The notes under the pieces: model-generated
Told to the model about the DNA's origin: nothing
The model's database searches: none
What the model saw: only the letters and a program-made list of their open reading frames with translations
Translations under genes and position numbers: made by a program
From: Mustelus asterias
Taxonomy: Eukaryota
Reading direction: 5' to 3'
DNA length: 64,000 nt
Assembly (NCBI RefSeq): GCF_964213995.1
Contig: NC_135816.1
Coordinates: 67,704,001 to 67,768,000, forward strand
Shown here: in pieces, positions 14,027 to 27,400 of the stretch
Position numbering within the stretch: the stretch's first letter is position 1
Layout of the letters: every line of letters begins with the position of its first letter

Positions 14027-14332
14027 GGGTGGCACAGTGACACAGTGTTCAGCACTGCTGCCTCACAGCACCAGGGACCCGGGTTCAATTCCCGGCTTGG
14101 ATCACTGTCTGTGTGGAGTTTGCACATTCTCCCTGTGTCTGCGTTGGTTTCCTCCAGGTGCTCTGGTTTCCTGCCACAGTCCAAAGACGTACCAGTAAGA
14201 TTGATTGGCTAGTGTCAGGGGGATTTGCAGGGTAAATATGTGGGGTTACAGAGATGGGGCCTGGGTGGGACTGTTGTCGGTGCAGGCTTGATGGGCTGAA
14301 TGGCCTAATCCTGCACTGTAGTGATTCTATGA
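14027..14332 (+). mobile_element. HE1-type V-SINE
   Basis: tRNA head, V-core and CR1-type tail. Confidence 0.88.
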
Positions 14333-14885
14333 ATCAAGGGACAGGTATCCAGCTTGAGTATATACATAATATAAATAAATAGATCACTGCCTTTAGCAGC
14401 AGTTTCCAGACCAGCAAGTGTAAAAGTTATTTCAGTGCTCATGATTCAAATGAGAAATTAAGCAGTATCTTGTCATGTACTTTGAGAGAACTTACATTCT
14501 TTCATAGTCTTTTTTTTCACATGGCCCTGTTATATTAACTTACCCGAGGTCGTACATAGCTGGAGGCAGTAGGCTGAGGGGGAACCTTTCAGCAAGTTTC
14601 AGGAAGGACCACTTAATGAGGAAGAGAAAATGCAGTTGCTCAGAGAAACAGCAATAACAGTAACAGCATCAACAAGGAGCACTCAAATGAAGAGAACAGG
14701 TCTCCACAGCAGTGTTCAATTTATCAGGAGCTCACTCATTCAAGACCTCTCACTGTTCTCAATGACATGTCAGGAGGAACCCTTGTCAGAAGAAAATTAA
14801 ATGTTAACAAGTCTTTCAAAGAAAGTTGCACCCAATCGAAGGAATGGCCTGTTGGTGCAGGTGTGAGGCTGGGACCTTATTAACT

Positions 14886-15220
14886 CATAGAATCATAGAA
14901 TCCCCACAGTGCAGAGGAGGTCATTTGGCCCATCGAGTCTGCTCAACTCTCTGACAGAGTATCTTACCCAGGCCCTCTCCCCTGACCTATCTCCTTAACA
15001 CCTCACCTTTCCCATCTAATCCATCTAACCCAAGGGGCAATTTAACATGGTCAATCTACCCAACCTGCACAACTTTAGACTGTGGGAGAAAACTTGAGCA
15101 CCTGGAGGAAACCCATACAGACATGGGGAGAACGTGTCAACTCCACACAGACAGTGATCTGAAGCCAAAATTGAACCCAGGTCCCTGGAGCTATGAGGCA
15201 GCAGTGTTCACCACTGAGTC
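14886..15220 (-). mobile_element. HE1-type V-SINE
   Basis: Reverse complement of HE1 with a CATAGAAT-repeat tail. Confidence 0.85.
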
Positions 15221-15335
15221 AGCTTGTTGTCTGGCTGCCAGTGCCAACTGGCAACCTACTTCTGCACGGCAGGTTGGTTCCCATACTGGTTGAGGCTGGG
15301 GCAGGTGGTGGAGGTGATCCTGGAATTGTTCACAG

Positions 15336-15611
15336 TTTATTATTAGTGTCACAAGTAGGCTTACATTAACACTGCAATGAAGTTACTGTGAAAGTCCCCT
15401 AGTCATCATAACTCCGGAACCTGTTCGGGTACACTGAGGGAGAATTAAGCCTGTCCAATGCACCCAACCAGCACATCTTTCAGACTGTGGGAGGAAACCC
15501 ACGCAGACACAGGGAGAATGTGCAAACTCCACACAGACAGTGGCGTAAGCTGGGAATCGAACCTGGGTCCCTGGCTCTGTGAGGCAGCAGTGCTAATCAC
15601 TGTGCCACCAT
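15336..15611 (-). mobile_element. V-SINE with alternative 3' tail
   Basis: Homologous to 6038-6335. Confidence 0.85.
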
Positions 15612-16099
15612 GCTTTTCACTCTCATACTGCCTTTTGCCAACATTCATTTCAAATGTGTACTAATGACACCCAACATTGCATTTCCATCATGAATCTAGA
15701 CACCATTGGAATATGGGATTTGGGAGCAAGAGTAGGCCATTCAGCCCTTCTCATGTGCTCCACCATTCAATAACATCATGACTGATCTGGTAGTGGTCTC
15801 AGCTCCAATTTCCTCACTGCCCCTTGACTTCTTCGTCTATCAAAAATTCCATCTAACTCTGTCTTGAGTGAATTCCACGTTGCCCTTGTATTATGTACCT
15901 GCCTCTTGCAGACAAGACAGAATTTCTGGCAGCTATACATGGAATGACAAAAGCCATCCTATTCAATTGTCATCAGAGTCTCGCGTTCCATTCATTGGAA
16001 AGAATTGGACAGGAAATCTTCTGGATGCTGCCCCGGTGTCCTGCCATGACACCACCAGATTCCTTGCTTACATTGCCAGATGTCTGCTAAACTTACAAT

Positions 16100-16993
16100 A
16101 GGGGTGATCTTGAGTGCGGCTCGATGTTCACAGGAATGGCAGCAGGGGCTCAAGATCTGGCAAAATCCAGAGGTCACGGGTCTCACCGGTGAGATCGCGG
16201 CTTCCGATTTTTGCCACCCCTTGCTGGCAATATAATCAGGTTCACGCTCACAAGGGATGTAAACCTGATTTGAATACATTTCCACACATCAGCATATTAT
16301 GAAAGACTCTCCTAGCACATATTGACCCCAAAGCATATTTTCAAACCTTGCCGACATGCCATCACATCAGCACGGTTTACAACAGGTTCACCCAGATGTG
16401 AACCTGTTGTGGGGATACCCCCCAGGGGAGGATGGGGCGGCACAGTGTCTTGGGTGGCACGGTGGCACAGTGGTTAACACTGCTGCCTAACAGCGCCAGG
16501 GATCCAGGTTCAAATTCGCCCTCAGGTCACTGTCTGTGTGGAGATTGCATTCTCTCCGTGTCTGCGTGGATTTCCTTTGGGTGCTCTGGTTTCCTCCCAC
16601 ACCCCAAAGATGTGTGGGTTATGTTGATTGGCCATGCTAAATTGACCCTAGTGTCAGGGGGATTAGTGGGTATACATGTGGGGCTACGGGAATCGGGCCT
16701 GGGTGGGATTGTGGTTGGTGCAGACTTGATGGGCCGAATGCACTGTACTGAATCTATATCAAATTACTTTTTGTGCTGATCAGGGCACCTTTTAAATATG
16801 GCACCCCGATTTCCGTGATGTCGGGCTTTGCTGGTGTTTTGAGGCCTAACCCCTCCACATGACGCCATGAAACGTGCCCAGCTCTTTTCTTGTGACAGAT
16901 CTGGAGAGAAAACTGACTTGTTTCTCTGGAGAAAAATGCAGCATTTTTCTCACTGGAACAAACACTCTGCCATCTTTTGGTAAGACTTTGCCC
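16100..16993 (-). mobile_element. Non-autonomous Harbinger-type element containing an HE1 SINE (about 16452-16750)
   Basis: Ends GGGGTGATCTTGAG and GGTAAGACTTTGCCC match, inverted, the ends of the 44927-48832 element; related partial copy at about 9572-9880. Confidence 0.6.
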
Positions 16994-17779
16994 ATGATCC
17001 TGAGAAAATTTCCATCAAAGTATGAGAAGCTAAGGCTGAAATTTCTGAAGGTGTATTGCAGGCTCCAGCCACTTTAGTTCAGCCAGCATATTCACCCTGT
17101 GTTCTCATGTACCTCAGAAAAATGGACAATTAAATGGATTGTAAGATCCTAAACCAAAATGTATTTCAATTTGTATGCTGTCGCAATATGCTAGCCTAAC
17201 TCTAATATTTTGGTGGAGCAATTAAGCATTCATCAAAATGTTGTCCTGTCGTGAATTCGCTGACAGTCCCCATGAGATATTTTGTTAAAATAAACTTACT
17301 TCTCTTGAAAGTACTTTAAAATGAGAGTGAAAGAGACAACAGAGTAATTCCTGTTAATCTCACTGTGACAGGCTTTACAATAGTACGATGATACCGTCTC
17401 CCTAATAGCTTTTAATACCCTCAGGGCAAGTCAGACATCTGCTTTAATAGAGTGTCTGATAAGAACTCCAAAGGTGAGCACAAGATGTTGGGACAGACAC
17501 CTTATCCAGCAAAGGAAAAAATAATTGCTGTCAAAAGCAGCCTAATGACATTAGGATCACAATTCCACAGTCTCCTACACAAGACAACATGTCTAACTCG
17601 AGGTTTAAAATAAAATCCGCTGCTATCACCAATCTTGCCTCACCTGTGGCTACCCCTTTCAATCTGTCTTGCCATTCATTTCCATTTCTTTTGATAACTT
17701 CACTAACCTGCCTAGCAATGTTCAACTGCTTTCACCCTCTTATCTCACAATGGAATTTCTTCTACTATATGGAAAATGG

Positions 17780-19003
17780 TGTTACGATCTCAGCTGACGT
17801 TATCACCGGACAAATCAGGTCCCAGAGCGGAACTTGGTTTGATATATCCTAACTTTTAATTTTTTTTAGATACGTGAATGGCAGCTACTGAACAATCACA
17901 GGAGTCAGCTGGTGAACTTTTAACAAAATAATAAAACATTTATTAAACAAGATAAGAATGGCTATAATGCACTACGCTCCGAACTAACTATGCCCCTAAA
18001 CATTTTTGTCAGGATAACACAAGTTACAGAATCCATCTTGTATTCGAATGCTCTCAGTAAGTACACAGTCCATGTAAATCAATCGGCAAAATGTGGTCAG
18101 ACACCCCACACCCTGAAACCAAGTGGCAAATGCCATCCAAATAAATTACATGTATTCCTCATCAATTCTCCACAGGCACTTGTTACACTGTGAGCCAACA
18201 GGTCTGACTGGAACTCTATCTTTCACATGAGGGTTTCTAATCTCTGCTCTGGAAGAATACACCTTGGGTTCTTCTCCCAAATGATGCTTTCTCTTGGATG
18301 ACTTCACCAAGGATCCACTTCCAGGGTTTCAATCTCTCCTTCCAGTATTCTTCCACCCTGGATCACCATGTGCATTCAAGCTTGCACACAATTTCTCAGA
18401 TACCCAGCCACCAACATAACAGCACTAATTCATAGGCCATATTAAGGAGTCACCAACCATCTGGTCACCTTGAATCTCTGGCTTCTTGCAAGTCCATGTT
18501 GTCCCACCTTTTTAATTTGGAGCCTCTCCTCCTCACCGTCAACCTTTCGGAACAGGACCTGCTTTCGAATCCTGACCTTTTTCCATGACAAAGTCTCCTG
18601 AAACTTTCTTGTATCTCATATTTTAGTTTCAGAAATTTTCTGTTCTTTAGCTTGACATCTGCTCTCTGCAGTCTCTCGTCATGTCCCCATTCCAACAGTT
18701 TCTATGGACTGTGTTTCCTTCTTGGTTTCCTTGTTCCAACTGAATTTAACTGCTTTTGTTCTTTCAGTGTGGAACCCTGGTTGCTGGGCTATAGCACAGA
18801 TTTTTTTACCCTCTGTACATTTTAGAGTCATAAAAACATAATTAAAATACTGGCAAAGCTTAAAGTGGAATTAAATTGAATTTCTTAACCTTTCCTAATA
18901 CACAAATACAGAAACACAGTTTGAACTTATCTAAAGCTATATCATATTCCTAATGCCCATAAGAACAAATATAAATTACTTAAACTACATCTATTTCCTA
19001 ACA
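17780..19003 (-). mobile_element. Solo LTR (1224 bp), Gypsy/ERV type
   Basis: TGTTA...TAACA inverted termini and perfect 4-bp TSD ATGG (17776-17779 and 19004-19007). Confidence 0.8.
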
Positions 19004-19209
19004 ATGGTTAAAACTAAATTCTAAGGGGTGAAATTGCTTTGTGCTGGTTGCATGAAACAGGTTCATAGAGAATCAGAAATAGTGTGAATTTGAGTAATCT
19101 TCTTATGTTTGTATTAAGATCTTTCTAGCATTTCCCCCTTTACCTTCACGTACCATCACATGACACGAACGGGTAATTTAGCATGGCCAATCCAACTAAC
19201 CCGCACATA

Positions 19210-19612
19210 TTTGGAGGAAGCATCTGCTCTACATCTAGTTTGTCAATACCTTTTTTCATCTTATGTACCTCAATTAGATCTCCTCTCATTCTGCTAAACT
19301 CTAGGGAGTATGGGCCTAAACTGCTCAGTCTCTCTTTATTAGACAAACCCCTCATCTCTGGAATCAATCTCTTCTGAACTGCCACTAATTCCACTATATC
19401 CTTCCTCAAATAAGGAGACCAAACCTGTCGACAGTACTCCAGGTGCAGTGTCACCAATGCCTGATATGGTTGCAGCAATCCTTACTTTTATACTCTATTC
19501 CTTTAGCTTTAAATGCCAAAATTCCATTTGGTTTCCTTATTACCTGCTGTATCTGCAAATTAGTTTTCTGTGACACAAACGCAAGAACACCCAGATCTGC
19601 ATCAATGCAGCT
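19210..19612 (-). mobile_element. CR1 ORF2 fragment
   Basis: HLEYC..WSPYLRKD and RMRGDLIEV motifs, frameshifted. Confidence 0.88.
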
Positions 19613-20817
19613 CAAGTCTCTCAGACTGCCTTGTGAAAAACCTCCTACCACTTGTTGCAGCTACAGTGCAGCTCCCCTTTAAGAAGTGCAGACTGCTTTT
19701 AAGTAGCACTAACTATTCGCAATGTCAAGCCCTCTGCTGCAGCGGCAGCCAATGAACAGCACAAGGAACACTGGCTGCAAACACAGGCATTTCAAAGAGG
19801 CGGCAGCACAAAGTTGACGTGCGAGTCACAATATAATAAACAGTTGTGGATTAATCACCTAGCACTAACCTTTACTGCACACAGGCATGAGGTGAAATGT
19901 TTCATTTTAAGTTCCTTTTTTTTGGTGACAGGAAAATTAATTTAAGTGATAATAAAAAATGTAAAGCTCAGTGAGCAAGACAGTTTCTCCTTTCTATCTC
20001 TGGTGTTTTATTCAGGCATAGTACATCTTCATGTCAGCTGCCCTCTCAAGACATGATGCTGGCTCCAACGCTCACAAACTAGGGCAAGAAAATGCATAAC
20101 ATGAATGCCCGCTCCCCTCACCTGATCCCATTATTCTTATTGAGAATCCAACAATCACCTGCTTAAGCTAGCAGGTATAACATTGTGTATCGTGAGAAAA
20201 TGATTAATGAAGAGATTCATACAGCACATCTGAGTCAACTTATGTTACATCCTCCCTATGTTCCACAAAGCTGAAATAATGATGTTTACTGTCACATTTC
20301 ACAGGTTGAGGATGGGATCCTGACAAAAGGTATGGCACTGATGAATGTGTTGAGAAATATTCAGTGTTTCTTGAGAATAATTTTTTATGATATTGGTAAT
20401 GAAGGAAAATGTTATGCAGCAGTGGCAAATTTTAAGAGCTATAAATGTCACTAAAGCTGCTCTCTTTGAATAGGTTACTGGAAAGTTAGTTCATAATATT
20501 TTATGAAAGCAGAATTAATGTTCTCATGGATTCGTAGTTCAGTTCTTAGAAGAGGAATTCAGGTTATTGTGGCGTTGTACCAACTTTGTCCTGATAACAC
20601 ATTATACAGGAAAGTTAGGTTAGGATAGTACAACTGGAGCTGATGCTACTGAAGCTGGAGATCCTTCGTGCTCTGCACAGCACCTCCAGCTACTTCCAGT
20701 TCAGCCCATGTGGCGTCCTGTTCCCTCTTGGGTTCAGGGTCTAGATGGGCTTTCTGCATGTAACCCAAGAATGTTACCATGGACTGTTATTTGTAAAAAA
20801 AAATCTTGTTTATATAA

Positions 20818-21066
20818 AGATCATAAGATTGTAAGATATAGGATCAGAATTAGGCCATTAGGTCCATCATGTCCGCCGCGCCATTCTATCATGGCTGATA
20901 AGTTTCTCAACCCCATTCTCCCGCCCTTTCCCCATAATCTTTGATCCTTTTAGCAATCAAGAACCTGTCTTAAATACACTCAATGATTTAGCTTCCCATC
21001 CTTCTGTGGCAATGAATTCCATAGATTCACCATCCTGTGGCTGAAGAAATTCCTCCTCATCTCAGT
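20818..21066 (-). mobile_element. CR1 3' tail
   Basis: Reverse complement of FFSHRMVNLWNSLP plus 3' UTR. Confidence 0.8.
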
Positions 21067-21530
21067 GTTACTGACATTAACCCTTTGTTAATCTATTTAC
21101 TCCCAGTCTCAGACTTCACAGGGTTTGTCTCTTTGGTGCCTTGACCAAGCTCCCTGATCTGGCCCAGTTTTCATTTTGAGATTGAGGAAGAACTGCACTC
21201 TCTTTTCACTCAATAGCAGTGTCTTCCACCTCAGCGGTTATGCAGTTTCTACTTGTTTCTGGTTCCTTGTCTCCATCTGGATTGAAATAGTATGCCCAAC
21301 GTTCCATTGGTTTCCTTTCCAATGATAGCAAGGCTCTTCAATTCCATCTGATATTTCCCTGGTTCACCTCAATCTCGGTTGTGGAGCTCTTTCCATTACA
21401 GTGCCTTTATCCACACACTCTCCCCAGGCTGTAACAGTTACAAGTCTTGTGTGCTGTGCCCAAAGTTCAAATTATGAGCTGGCTGTCTCTTTGTTGCTCC
21501 TCACATTTCTCATAATCATCTGACGTAATA

Positions 21531-22012
21531 CAAAGAGAACAAATAATAATACAGCACAGAAATAGGCCCTTTGGGCCACCAAGCCTGTGCCGATATGTGG
21601 TTTCTATCCCTCTGTTACCTCTCATTCACGTGTCTATCAAAATACACCTTAATCGTGACTAACGTGCCTGCTTCCACCACCTCCACTGGCAGTGTATACC
21701 AGGTACCTACCACCTTCTGTATGAAAAACTTTCTTTGCACGTCTCCCCTAAACTTACCACCTCTCACCTTAAACCTGTGCCCTCTTGTAGTCAACCCTTC
21801 CACCCTGGGAAAAAGCCTCTGACTATCCACCCTATCTGTGCCTCCCATAATTTGGTAGACCTCTATCAGGTCGCCCCTCAGCCTCTGACTTTCCAGTGAA
21901 AACAATCTGAATTTATCCAACCTCTCCTCATACCTAAAACACTCCAGACCAGGCAACATCCTGATAAACCTTCTTTGCACCCTCTCCAAAGCATCCACAT
22001 CCTTCTGGTAAT
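21531..22012 (-). mobile_element. CR1 3' end nested in the Gypsy element
   Basis: ORF 21615-21998 ALERVQRRF..RGDLIEVY plus CR1 tail. Confidence 0.9.
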
Positions 22013-23131
22013 GTTAAGTTGTAGAGTTTGTTGAAGAGCTGTTGTTACCAACTGCCTTCCCATCAATAGTTCTGATGGTGAGAAACTGTTTAATTGGTAG
22101 TGAGGTTCTGTAATTAAGAGGGGGCTAAGTGAAAATCTGTTCTTTTCATCAATTCCTTTATTGTTCAGACTCCTCTTTGTTTCTCCATTCAACTGAGGAG
22201 ATCTAGGTGAACAGTCAGACCAATGAAATTGTATTTCTGCACAGTTATGGAACAGCTCATCAGCAATCTGATGACTGTTGTCTGACACCACAATGTCCCA
22301 GATGCCACATATCATGAAGATTCTTGTAAGTGATGTACTGACCGCCTTCGCCGGGGCTAAGCAGTCTACTCACTTTAAACCATCTTGAATAGTAATCAAT
22401 GAGGAAAATTACAACTTCGTCTTTGAACTCAAATATATCCATTCCCAGGCTCTCGCAGGGAAAGAGGATGCTTCACTCTGCTGTTGGTAATTCACTGCTT
22501 ATGTAGGGCATGATGAGCTCTCCAATGGATTTTCTGGACAATGTCAAGCCGAAGTGTTTTCGGGGTAATAAATCTGTCATTAAAAACTAAGAAATTATCA
22601 AGGGTTGTGAGATTTCTTTCTCTGTTCAGTGTCTTGGCAAAGTATTGAAGTGTTAGGAGTATAATCTGGCCATTTGCTTTGGCAATATTCATTTATTTTG
22701 ATGCATTCACCATCCTGCTGTGCTTGCTTGATCTCTTGTAATATATTTAGATTTCTGGTTAGTTTCAAATTTTTTTATTCATTCAAAGGATGTAGGCTTC
22801 ACTGGCTAGGTCAGTATTTATTGCCTATCCCTAATTGACCTTGATAAGGTGGTGGTGAGCTTTCTTCTTGAACCGCTGAGATATGGTGTGGGTACAGCCA
22901 CAGTGCTCATGACATATTTCAGAGAATTCCTCATGGGTCTATGTGGCTACTAGTGCTTCTTTCTCAATGGTTGCATACCTCTTTTCTTTGTCTGTGAGAG
23001 ATCTTGAGGTATAATAAACTGGCCTTCTTTGTCCATCTCTTTCAATTTGGAACAACACTGCACGCAAGTCTGTAGATGATATGTCCACTGCTACAGTTGT
23101 TGGTAACTATAGATCCTGATGCACTAGAATA

Positions 23132-23422
23132 GGGGAAAGATCTTGAGTTCACACTCTCTGTCTGCGAGTTCGCTGACGGGGGCTCAAGATCCAGCAAAAC
23201 ACGAAAATCGTGAATCTCACAAAAGGCGTACCTATCTCAGTGGAGCCAGTTCTCAGCTCTGATTCCCCGCCCTGTCAGTGATGGCGTAAACCACGCCCAC
23301 TCTTATTTTTGGCAGTTAAAATGACAAGATTTGGAGAGAAAACTGGCCAGTGGAGCTGGGGAGTTCTATGCCAGTACTCACCAGAACTGACACTTTGCCA
23401 AATTCTCATAAGCTTTCTCCCT
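23132..23422. mobile_element. Harbinger-type MITE nested in the Gypsy RNase H region
   Basis: Ends resemble those of 16100-16993 and 44927-48832. Confidence 0.55.
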
Positions 23423-23666
23423 TTATGGTGACAGTAGGAGATTTTTGATCTTGTCAAAAGGTTTTTGTTGGTCCACATTCCAGCAGCCATGTTGACCCTG
23501 TTTCATCAGCTATTGTAACATTTTGTTGATTTCTGCCATGTTTGGTAGGAAATTGCCGACTTGATTGACTATCCAAAGGAAACTTTGTAATCCTTTTATG
23601 TTTATAGGCTGTGGAAACTCTCTAATAACTTCAGTTTTCTGTGGATTATCTATAATCTGTTGTACC

Positions 23667-24486
23667 TGTTAGTTCTCAGATACTTTCAACCAGTTTACTT
23701 ACTCCAAGGTTTTACCCCGGTGCCCTTATTTGCAGGATGGACAAAGGACAAACACAAATAAAGGTTCAACAAGTTTATTAATAATAACACTATTAACCCT
23801 TAAATTACCCACATAAAACAAGAGGGTACCCCAGATTCAAGTATACTACCCGTAAAGATGGTTTGGTTGAACTGCAGGCCCATTCTCTGAGTCCCTCTGG
23901 TCCGTCGTCACGAAGGTGAGTCTCGATGGCAGCTTCTTCCTTCCTTCCTTCTTCGGTCAGTCTTCCGAATGGGCAAGGCCGCCTCCTTCGTCGCATCTTC
24001 ACTCCTGTGTGTATTGAAGTATGTCCCTTTATCCCCCAGCCTGCTTGCCTTTCCAGAAATTTCTCTGGCTTCCGGCCAATGAGGTTCCAGGAGGGGGTTC
24101 CAATACCCAGTGGGTTTCTTGATGTCTGCCTGACAGGACACCAGGGTCCGCCCCCAGGTGTCCCATCTCCATGCTGTTGCTTTTGTATAACGTGTTATCA
24201 GATAAGGTATCTACAGGAACTCTTGGTGACAGAAAGTCTGACCCGATCTGGGCTTCTAACAATAGGCTGGTGCATTTCAATGAGGTGCAATGGTCTCCTG
24301 CTGAGTATCAGTAAATTGTAATGACCTTTGATGGGTGGTTGATGGGTCAGGCACAGGCACGTTTGTGTATTTGTAAAATTGGCCTGCCTGTGGTTTGACT
24401 GTGTTTGATTTTAATATGCCCAATTCTTTAATTTAGGATATCCAATTTTATCAGCCTTAAAACTAGGCCCTGTTTATATCACCACA
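23667..24486 (-). mobile_element. 3' LTR (820 bp) of a retrovirus-like element
   Basis: On the minus strand, polypurine tract AGAGGAGGGAA, then TGTGGT...CTAACA; AATAAA near 23775. Confidence 0.8.
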
Positions 24487-27400
24487 TTCCCTCCTCTTGA
24501 TCCAATGAGCATCAGCGAACCGGATCACACAACTCTCACCAAACCATCTCAACAAGCAAGTACCCTGAATCTGGAGTTGACAGTATCATCCCTAACCCAC
24601 AATAGTACCAACAAATTTAAATGAAGTAAAATAATTAAAAAAACAATAAGAAACAGTACATCAATCGGGTATATACAAAACAAAGCAATAAACAGTACAA
24701 AATGACAAGTGATTATACATATTAAATATAGATGGGAGAGTATCTTGATTGTAGAGACTCTCCCGATGTCGGATGGCCCTTGCCGATTCCAGGTTTTTGC
24801 AGAAATTCCTTCTTCCATCGGGCGTGGGGTGAACCACATATATCCGGAGTATCGTAGGCTGATTTTTTGGTCTTTGGTTGATGTGGTGTCTGTGGTTCGG
24901 TCTGAGACGAGGAGTCCCAGATAACAGAAAGGTATGTAGTTCATTCTGGGGAAGATCAAGGTAGCACCTGTTAATTCTTATTAATACCTGATTCTCTTTT
25001 CCTTTTCTTTACTAGAATGTCGTATGACTCCTCTTTTTTTTATAAAAAAACAAAGAAATAAGTAAAGGAAAGGCCAAAAGGCCTGTTTCTGAGCTGTAAT
25101 TTTCTATGGTTCTATGGAATAATAAAAGCCCAATAGTGTCATACGAAGGGTTGGTCGGCAATCAGTGTTGATGGGGTTGAGTGGGGTAAGGAGTTTGCAG
25201 AGCATGAAAATAAAATGTTGGGTATGTGCCATGTGTCCTTGTTGTTGGAGGACTATGGCATGGTATAGCAATACATTATTCATCCCACAACCAAACTGGT
25301 GTGTTGGAAAATTATGACGCAGTATAATGTGGGCAGATAAGAAACCCTTTTCAATTGGGCGATTCGTGGAGTCGATGGATAAAGCTATTTACAATCTGGA
25401 CTGTGATGTCCTGATTCTTTCTTAGTGGAGAGAACCTATGTGGGTGGGCTTTGGCTGCCAGGTACCCACTGCATTACCACCTCTGGCAGTGAGCGCCGGG
25501 TCAAACGGTTCTGGGAGTCCCGGTACCAGGGGCGCCACAGGGGGTAAGGTTTGCGGGTTCCCCATCCTTTCCGTCGGGGTCCCCTGGGCTGGGGTTTTAT
25601 TCCTGAAGCCCTGTAAATTGGGGCGGGGTCCGAGGTTGCGTGTGCTGTTCCTGGGGATACTGGGTGGGGGTTGATAACCTGGGGTACAGATTGTGGACCG
25701 TGGTTTAGGTCCGGTGCTGTGGGGTGAGGGTTGGGGCTTCCTTGTGACTCAAAGACTCCTTCCAGGGTGGCATGGTATTGGTGAAAATTTTGCTGGGAGC
25801 CGAATGCCTTCATTTGGTTCACATGATACCACTCGGCTTTCTTGTGGTCTACCATGATCTTGTATACCGAGGGGCTGGTCTTCTTGGTCTTCCACGTATA
25901 TCCCGCATCCTGTCCTCCTGTTTCCCTCTTCCACCATGGATGACCCATCTACAAAAATGTTTAAACTGTCCTGAGCCTGGGTTTGGCTGATTCCCCTGGC
26001 TCCTCCCCCCTTTTGTTTTGGCAAAAAAGACCCCTTGGGGTCTTTTATTGCCGGAACCTGCATTCATGGGGCTCCCCGCCGTAGGTTAGGTTGTCTGCCA
26101 GGAATTTGGGGGTTATAGCTGCATTTCGGGCCGGTCCTTCAAGGGGCATGGGTTGGGGTCCATCATCGGGGAACCGCTGAGATGGTCATGTGGGGTAGTT
26201 GCCCTAGAGTCCTGGGCGAAATGGTTGGGTTGCCCACAGGTATAACACTGTGCTTGTGGGGGTTGGCCTCTGGGCTCAGCTCTATATCGTTCTTGGTGTC
26301 GGGGGTTGGGCCTATGTCCTGTGCGGCCTTGTGGTTCCCTGTGTCGGCGATCAGCAATAGTGTATGGGTGTGCGGGGTTTGCTGGTCCCCTGAAATTTGG
26401 TGGTGCCCTACAGTCCCGGGCAAAATGGTTGGGTTGCCCACAGTTATAACACCGTGCTTGTGGGGGTGCATATCTGGGGTTAGTTTTATCTTGTTCCCTG
26501 TACCTGGGATTGGGAATATATCGGGGTTCTGCGCGGGGCTACGGTTTTCTGTATCGATGATTGGCAGGGGTATATGGGGGTGAGTTTCCCAGTCCCCTGT
26601 TTCCACCTCCCCCTTCGTTACGCCAAACCAGGGCCAGGTCTGTGTGGATCGGGTTCATCAATCCGTGTTTTGTGGACTTGGGGGTGTCCGTTTGTCTGAC
26701 TTCCCATTCCCACACACGAGTCATTTTGCGGATGGCCCAGGCTTCTGTGTGTGTATTATCATCGGGATCAAAATTCTCACAGGCTTTCCGAATCCCCTCG
26801 GTGGCGTGTGCTATCAGGGTCCGGATCCATGTGGGCCGGTGGTGTGCATTTAATTGGACTCGATATAATTGGCCGAAAACCGCAACAAATTGGTTCCATA
26901 GTCGGCCAGTGTAGGCTGTCGGGTGCTCCCCTCTCTTTTGTTGGCAGTTGTTTAAGCCTTGTACCGGGTCACCCTATTGTAGCCTATGGCGGCCAGAACG
27001 ACCGCCTTCATTTCTGGTAGGGTTCCCCCCCCGGCCATGTTCTGGGGTTCGGGTAGGGCGGAACGGATGGCAGGACTTAAACATAACAGAATAGGTTTAA
27101 CCTCTTCTGCCTCGTCTAGGCCGTTTAAAACACGATATTGGGTGACCTGGTCAATGAGAGCATGTGGATCCCCGGAGGGTTCAAATACTCCAATCACTTT
27201 AGCGATATCAGTGAGCTGTGTCATGGTGTATGGAGTTACATAAGTCACATTGTGGTTCTGCCCGTCCTGTCGTTGGGTGGTGACCGGATTCATCGGTACA
27301 GGAACCGGATTAGTGACTGGGTTTATTAGGATGGTAAAAGGACTAGGAGCCGAGACTGAGTTTCCCCAGGTGGGGGCCGAATTAGGTGGTGCCGTTGGTT

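Larger units (their letters stand above)
21075..23666 (-). mobile_element. Decayed Gypsy LTR retrotransposon pol, 3' half (RT end, RNase H, integrase)
   Basis: MDIFEF..IDYYSRWF, VVSDN, SPQLNGE, SPSELLMGRQL, YATIEKEAL; joins the RT piece above 30507 across the 23667-30506 insert. Confidence 0.8.

Noticed and set aside
24549-24959. Hydrophobic ORF before the 3' LTR as an env remnant
   Set aside because: The hydrophobicity is explained by T-rich composition; no furin site, fusion peptide or cysteine motif is visible.
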